A DNA stretch of 64,000 nt from Botryllus schlosseri (lineage: Eukaryota): the NCBI GenBank assembly GCA_051294905.1, contig CM119384.1, positions 23,932,001-23,996,000 of the forward strand. Reading direction: 5' to 3'. The translations under genes and the position numbers were made by a program. Shown piece by piece: positions 59,800-64,000 of the stretch; position 1 is the stretch's first letter; each line of letters opens with the position of its first letter. The notes under the pieces were generated by a model. The model was given only the letters and a program-made list of their open reading frames with translations. It did no database searches and was not told where the DNA came from.

Positions 59800-62700
59800 A
59801 GGCCACTCAAAGCGTCGGCATCGACGACCACCACGCCGCTCAAAAAACAACCCGCTGTAGTCCTTACTGGACCAACTTCAACAATTATGATAGACTGCAT
59901 ACAACCTGGACGCACATGAGGTAGGTTGATTTAACCGACGTACCAACTCAATGATTACTAAACGGCCTCAAATCGACCCTGTGAATTTAGTTCTAAGGCA
60001 CATTCCTCGTTCCACAGTTTTAAGCTAAACCCAGCCACACTATTCCAGTAACTCTACTCTAATTTTGCCAGGCGTGCTACCAATTTGACCGGAAGAAGAG
60101 AAATCACAAGGAGGCTGGACAAGGTCATAACTCGAATAATTCCAGATTCTTTCTGAAGTTTCGTCCCGGAATTCATATGTCAATCTGTTATCGCATATCG
60201 CCGCGCTCGGCTTACAAGGACTGGTCTATTCAGCGTCCAAACCTTCTGATATCGAAAGCTTTAGTTGACATGGTCCAAACTGATATTTTAGTCATGCGAT
60301 TGCGATTCATGCGTTGCGGCCTGACCAATCCAACATTCGGCTGGCTTAGCAAGCTCACATCCCACGGGATCCATTTTTGACAACAACACCCAATTCTAGG
60401 AGTTACGTTGCGGGACAACTCTTGGCCCGAATTACAAGTCGCACTATATTTTACGCTCAAATCAATACATCATCCTATATCGTCGCAATCTCAATAATAC
60501 CCCTTCGGAAGACACTGTATTCACCTTTTTCATAACACAGAATTATTGTGACAGTTGACGCAGTTTGCTCTGAGAATGGATTTCAACTTCTGGTAAAAAA
60601 AATTCAGATGAAACTAACTCAGTTCATTCACTCACATAAGTAGTTATTATGATCGGAGGATGTAGGTTATCATTATACCGCAGTAAGGCCGCATTTTCGC
60701 GACAACTATTTATTATGTCGCGGGCCAGTTCGAAAGGGATGAACTATTCGACGTCTAGACACCTTGCTATCGAAAGCTTAGACCAAGCCCAGGTTTCATG
60801 GACGACGGCCTTTCTGTGAGCACAAACGGCGCAGGGAACTTTATCTCATAATGGCAAATGTAGTTCGGCTCAATTCGATACCTTAGATGTTCTTTCTTTT
60901 TTACAAAGCGGTAACCTTATTAAAGAAAGCAACCGAGCGGCCTGTTGTGCAAGCGTGTAGAAAATTTCTACTTCTGATACAAAGATCCACCAAAAGGTGA
61001 CCGACTAGTAGTTTTGGTATACTGCGCCGGGACTGATATTTTAGTCACCACATCTCAACAGAGGCGGCCAGACTAGTCGATTTCCGGCCGGCCTTGTTAA
61101 CTCGCAATCTGTGCAATTATTACTAATTTTACAAACTACCTCACCGTCACTCAAAACTTCCTTACTAGCCACGAATTGGCCGGTATTATGCCTATACACC
61201 CTCGTGGGTTTTTAGGGTTCCTTTTGAACCAAGGACGTTACGCTTCCTAGATTTCGCCCTACCTATTCTAATTCCGTTCCTACAAAGTTTTCCCAGGCCG
61301 TAAGTCTATAGACTCGATCGATGTGTGCCATGACTCGTGCAATGAGGGCTATATGCAATGCCTCTCAGGAGATCTACGGCACATGAAGCAACTCCACATA
61401 AGGTTTAGTTGCCATCGGTACGAGTGCTGGATCTTGGGCCCAAGATTACCAAAGAGCAATCATCTAAAAATGGACCTATCCCACCTTAACTACACTCTAC
61501 CTAATCACTACTGCAACAGAGCCCATCTTGGACCTGCGACAATAAGGACACTGTCCTCCGCGCCGTCCACAAGTCCGCGACGGATGCTCTGATTTAGGGA
61601 CTAAATCCCAGCTGGAGGCTGCCAGCCTAGACAAAAAGTGGGACAAGAATCTTTTATTCACCCTCGGCTTATTTTTTCTATTTGAAGCTTTACGATCTCA
61701 TCGTAATTCCCACGTAGTGTGAGTTCTTTTCACCGGCTGCGTTCGTATGTGTCGGACTTATCGCAACAATTCTAGGCCTGATTTCGCCTCTCTTCATACC
61801 TAATACTTTTCTAGAATAGGTAATAATCTTCGACGGTAGACGATCCTTGTTTCAGGATACCTGTCAGAGGCAAATATTTGAAAGAGCCATTGAAAATCTA
61901 CAACTAGCATGCACATAAATCAAACACCTTCCTACCCTTACGGTAGTCGTCACGGCTCCAAGGCCTATTTTACCAAGTTTATTATTTCATATCTTCACAC
62001 CTCCTTATTCTATCCAGAGGCTCCAATTCGGACATGCTCGCGGGCCCCTCTCCCAAGCCTTGGGGGTGCCGCGGGCCACGGCATTTTTAATAGGGATATT
62101 CAATGTAGCAATTCCAAGTGGGCCCCATTCGACGGGTCTCCATAAACGAGAATCCCACAATCGTCAAAAAAATCCAAATTACTTATGATAGTATCTTACG
62201 TTTGACACAAAAAAAAACTCAGTACTTCAGACATTCCAACAGGATCGCCTATATGCCAACCGTAATTTGTAATTTCGAGAGCCATATTATGGCGAAACTT
62301 GCCGGGATTTCCACAGCAACTTTGGAGCGAACTTCAACCTTTTTTTATTTAAAAAGGTACGTGGCCTTTAAATATTTTGTTCAACACTTGAAATTTCCAA
62401 ATTCCGCCGCGGCCCGTCCGAAACATAGGCATGGGTGCATGCGGCCCACGGGCTGTCCCCGAAACTTTTACCATAAGCCGCTCGCATCTGTGAGCCCAGG
62501 GGCTCAGATTCAAACTGAAAGGACCAGCACGATCAAAGACAATCGAATAAGAAAACACAGGCCGGCCTTTTACAATCGGGATCATATTCGGTGAACTAAA
62601 TTTTCTCTTTACAGGGCGCAAGCACAAGGCGACTTGGTGCGCACTACTTCAAGCGCGTAGAAAACCGAGCAAAACCCCAACCTTCCACGTCTGCAACTTC

Positions 62701-63360
62701 GTTTAGCTACCGCTACATGGGACACGCAATATTTATAAAGTACTCACTCAGTGCTGTGATCTTTGCCGTAGCCTCGGTGCAAGAATGCCCGCCTTGCTCC
62801 TGTGTTCTTTCTAAGCTTCAATTCCTTCTGCTCCGTGTTGCGAGTCCAGATCAGACTGGATAGATGGTGATTCGAGGCTGCTTATATGCATTTCTGTTTC
62901 AAAAACAAACAAAGACTTCCCTGCCAAGAGCTGGCTATAAGTTTCGGGCCCAGTTCGTTATGAGTTATTTTCTTTTTAATCTTTTTATGAATCACAGTTC
63001 GTGCTCCATCCGCGGCCATTAACTAATTGTTTTCGGCTCTATCAGCTACCAAAATGGCACAGCTTCGTGTGCGAGTTAATCTCTCTCATCATTATAAATG
63101 ACCCATAATAACGACTTCGTGCACGAGCAGAAATGACTAAGTGTCACGATTCGGCCTCGGCTCCTTATTTGGATAGAAACATCCGTCGCCATTTTTGATT
63201 TTGCGTCTTGATTTTGCGTCAACACAATACCTTGCAGTAGCCTACCTCGCTCGCTGCAATCACCTTTTCCCCGCTCAGGGAAATACTTTACCTTTTGGTT
63301 GCAAAGTAGGTACCCTATTTAGGTTTTCTTTCACCAGCTTACTCAGTAACCCACACGCAA
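59800..63360 (-). rRNA. Hyper-divergent large-subunit (28S-like) rRNA-like sequence; pseudogene or foreign, ends approximate
   Basis: Collinear anchors by eye against remembered eukaryotic LSU: 63319-63343, 62633-62653 (CTTGAA...ACCAAG), 61873-61904 (AGAT.TT..TGG...CAAATATT), 61212-61275 (TAGGTA.GG...CGTAAC), 60783-60797 (GGGCTTGG), 60417-60427 (GGCCAAGAGTT), 60322-60334 (GTTGGATTGGTCA) and 60025-60046 (GCTGGGTTTAG). Total span ~3.5 kb, no long ORF, many short hairpins. Confidence 0.55.
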
Positions 63361-63399
63361 CAACGTCTAACCACAAGAATTCTTCAATTCGGATTTCCA

Positions 63400-63570
63400 T
63401 GCGAAGCCTACACTCTAAATCGAAAGCATCGATTTAGACACAAAATTGTGCAATCAAAGATGCAATATGGGACAAACACATAAAGTCGACCCAAATCTTT
63501 CGCCGAAGTGGTGTCATAATATGTGCAAGTCCACACTTCATCCCATAAAGTTACGAAATATGTGCTTCTG
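63400..63570 (-). rRNA. Divergent 5.8S rRNA-like sequence, ends approximate
   Basis: The minus strand reads ATTGCACAATTTTGTGTCTAAATCGATGCTTTCGA (63420-63454), compared with the canonical ATTGCAGAATTCAGTGAATCATCGAATCTTTGAA. GATGAAG and GCGAAA lie upstream in the right order. Confidence 0.5.
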
Positions 63571-63689
63571 CTCTCATCTTATCATCTGTCGCCGGCTTTG
63601 ATCACTATGAAAGAGTTTACGTATACATTTTAATAGTCCGGTAAGTCGCCGCACGAGTTGTGAGATCAGTAATATTGAGAGGGATTGTG

Positions 63690-64000
63690 AGGTCGACGAT
63701 GGAAACGCTGCTGAAACTTATCGTAATGTCACTGGTAAATGACCAGATCATCCAGGGTAAGGTACGGTACACTCGTGTGCCGATCATGACGTCATCGGTA
63801 AACCCAATGACCCTGGGGTCCGTTTGCTCCCGCTGGGTTATTTGCAGGGGAGGAATTAAGCTGCAAGATATAGATTCTCAAATGATGCAGCATTTCTATA
63901 ATAGATGTTGAACGGTAATAACGACTCTCGTGTAAGTAATGCGTGCTTTTAGCCCCGTTTACATATAGCTCAGAAGCAATGCTACCTCTAATTTTGACGA
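63690..64000 (-). rRNA. Divergent SSU (18S-like) 3' end, running off the window
   Basis: The minus strand reads TTACACGAGAGTCGTTATTACCGTTCAA (63908-63935; canonical GTACACACCGCCCGTCGCTACTACCGATTGAA), then TGGTCATTTA (63736-63745) and AAGTTTCAGCAG (63708-63719; canonical AAGGTTTCCGTAG), in the expected order. Confidence 0.45.

Noticed and set aside
60860-61100. Alternative rRNA alignments (61075 as the CTAGTTGATTCGGC motif; 60870 as TTGAGC of H74)
   Set aside because: They break collinearity with the other anchors. This shows that individual short matches are unreliable and only the ordered set carries weight.

Overview
Animal (probably invertebrate) nuclear DNA dominated by nested transposable elements. 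There is one clear host gene, a 4-coding-exon MFSD6-like transporter on the minus strand (6010-8218, 515 aa after splicing). Most of 8.3-28.3 kb is a stack of non-autonomous DNA transposons: hAT types with 8-bp TSDs, a PIF/Harbinger with a TTA TSD, and a decayed THAP + SWIM/YqaJ-exonuclease element. From 29.9 to 45.8 kb there are four Gypsy/Ty3 LTR elements; three are nested, and the innermost has an uninterrupted gag-pol ORF. Two decayed L1/Tx1-type LINEs, a nearly intact RNase H-bearing I-group (Nimb-like) LINE and two tRNA-derived SINEs follow. The most unusual signal is at 59.8-64 kb. On the minus strand, about a dozen short motifs lie in the order of an rDNA unit (SSU 3' end, ITS1, 5.8S, LSU), but they are so diverged that even normally invariant positions differ. 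That call comes from by-eye comparison with remembered rRNA sequences and needs a covariance-model search. Other notable points: one SINE shares a 3' stem-loop with the Nimb-like LINE in this window, the two SINEs share a structured core, a 188-bp duplication abuts the LINE 5' end, and one Gypsy has discordant LTRs.
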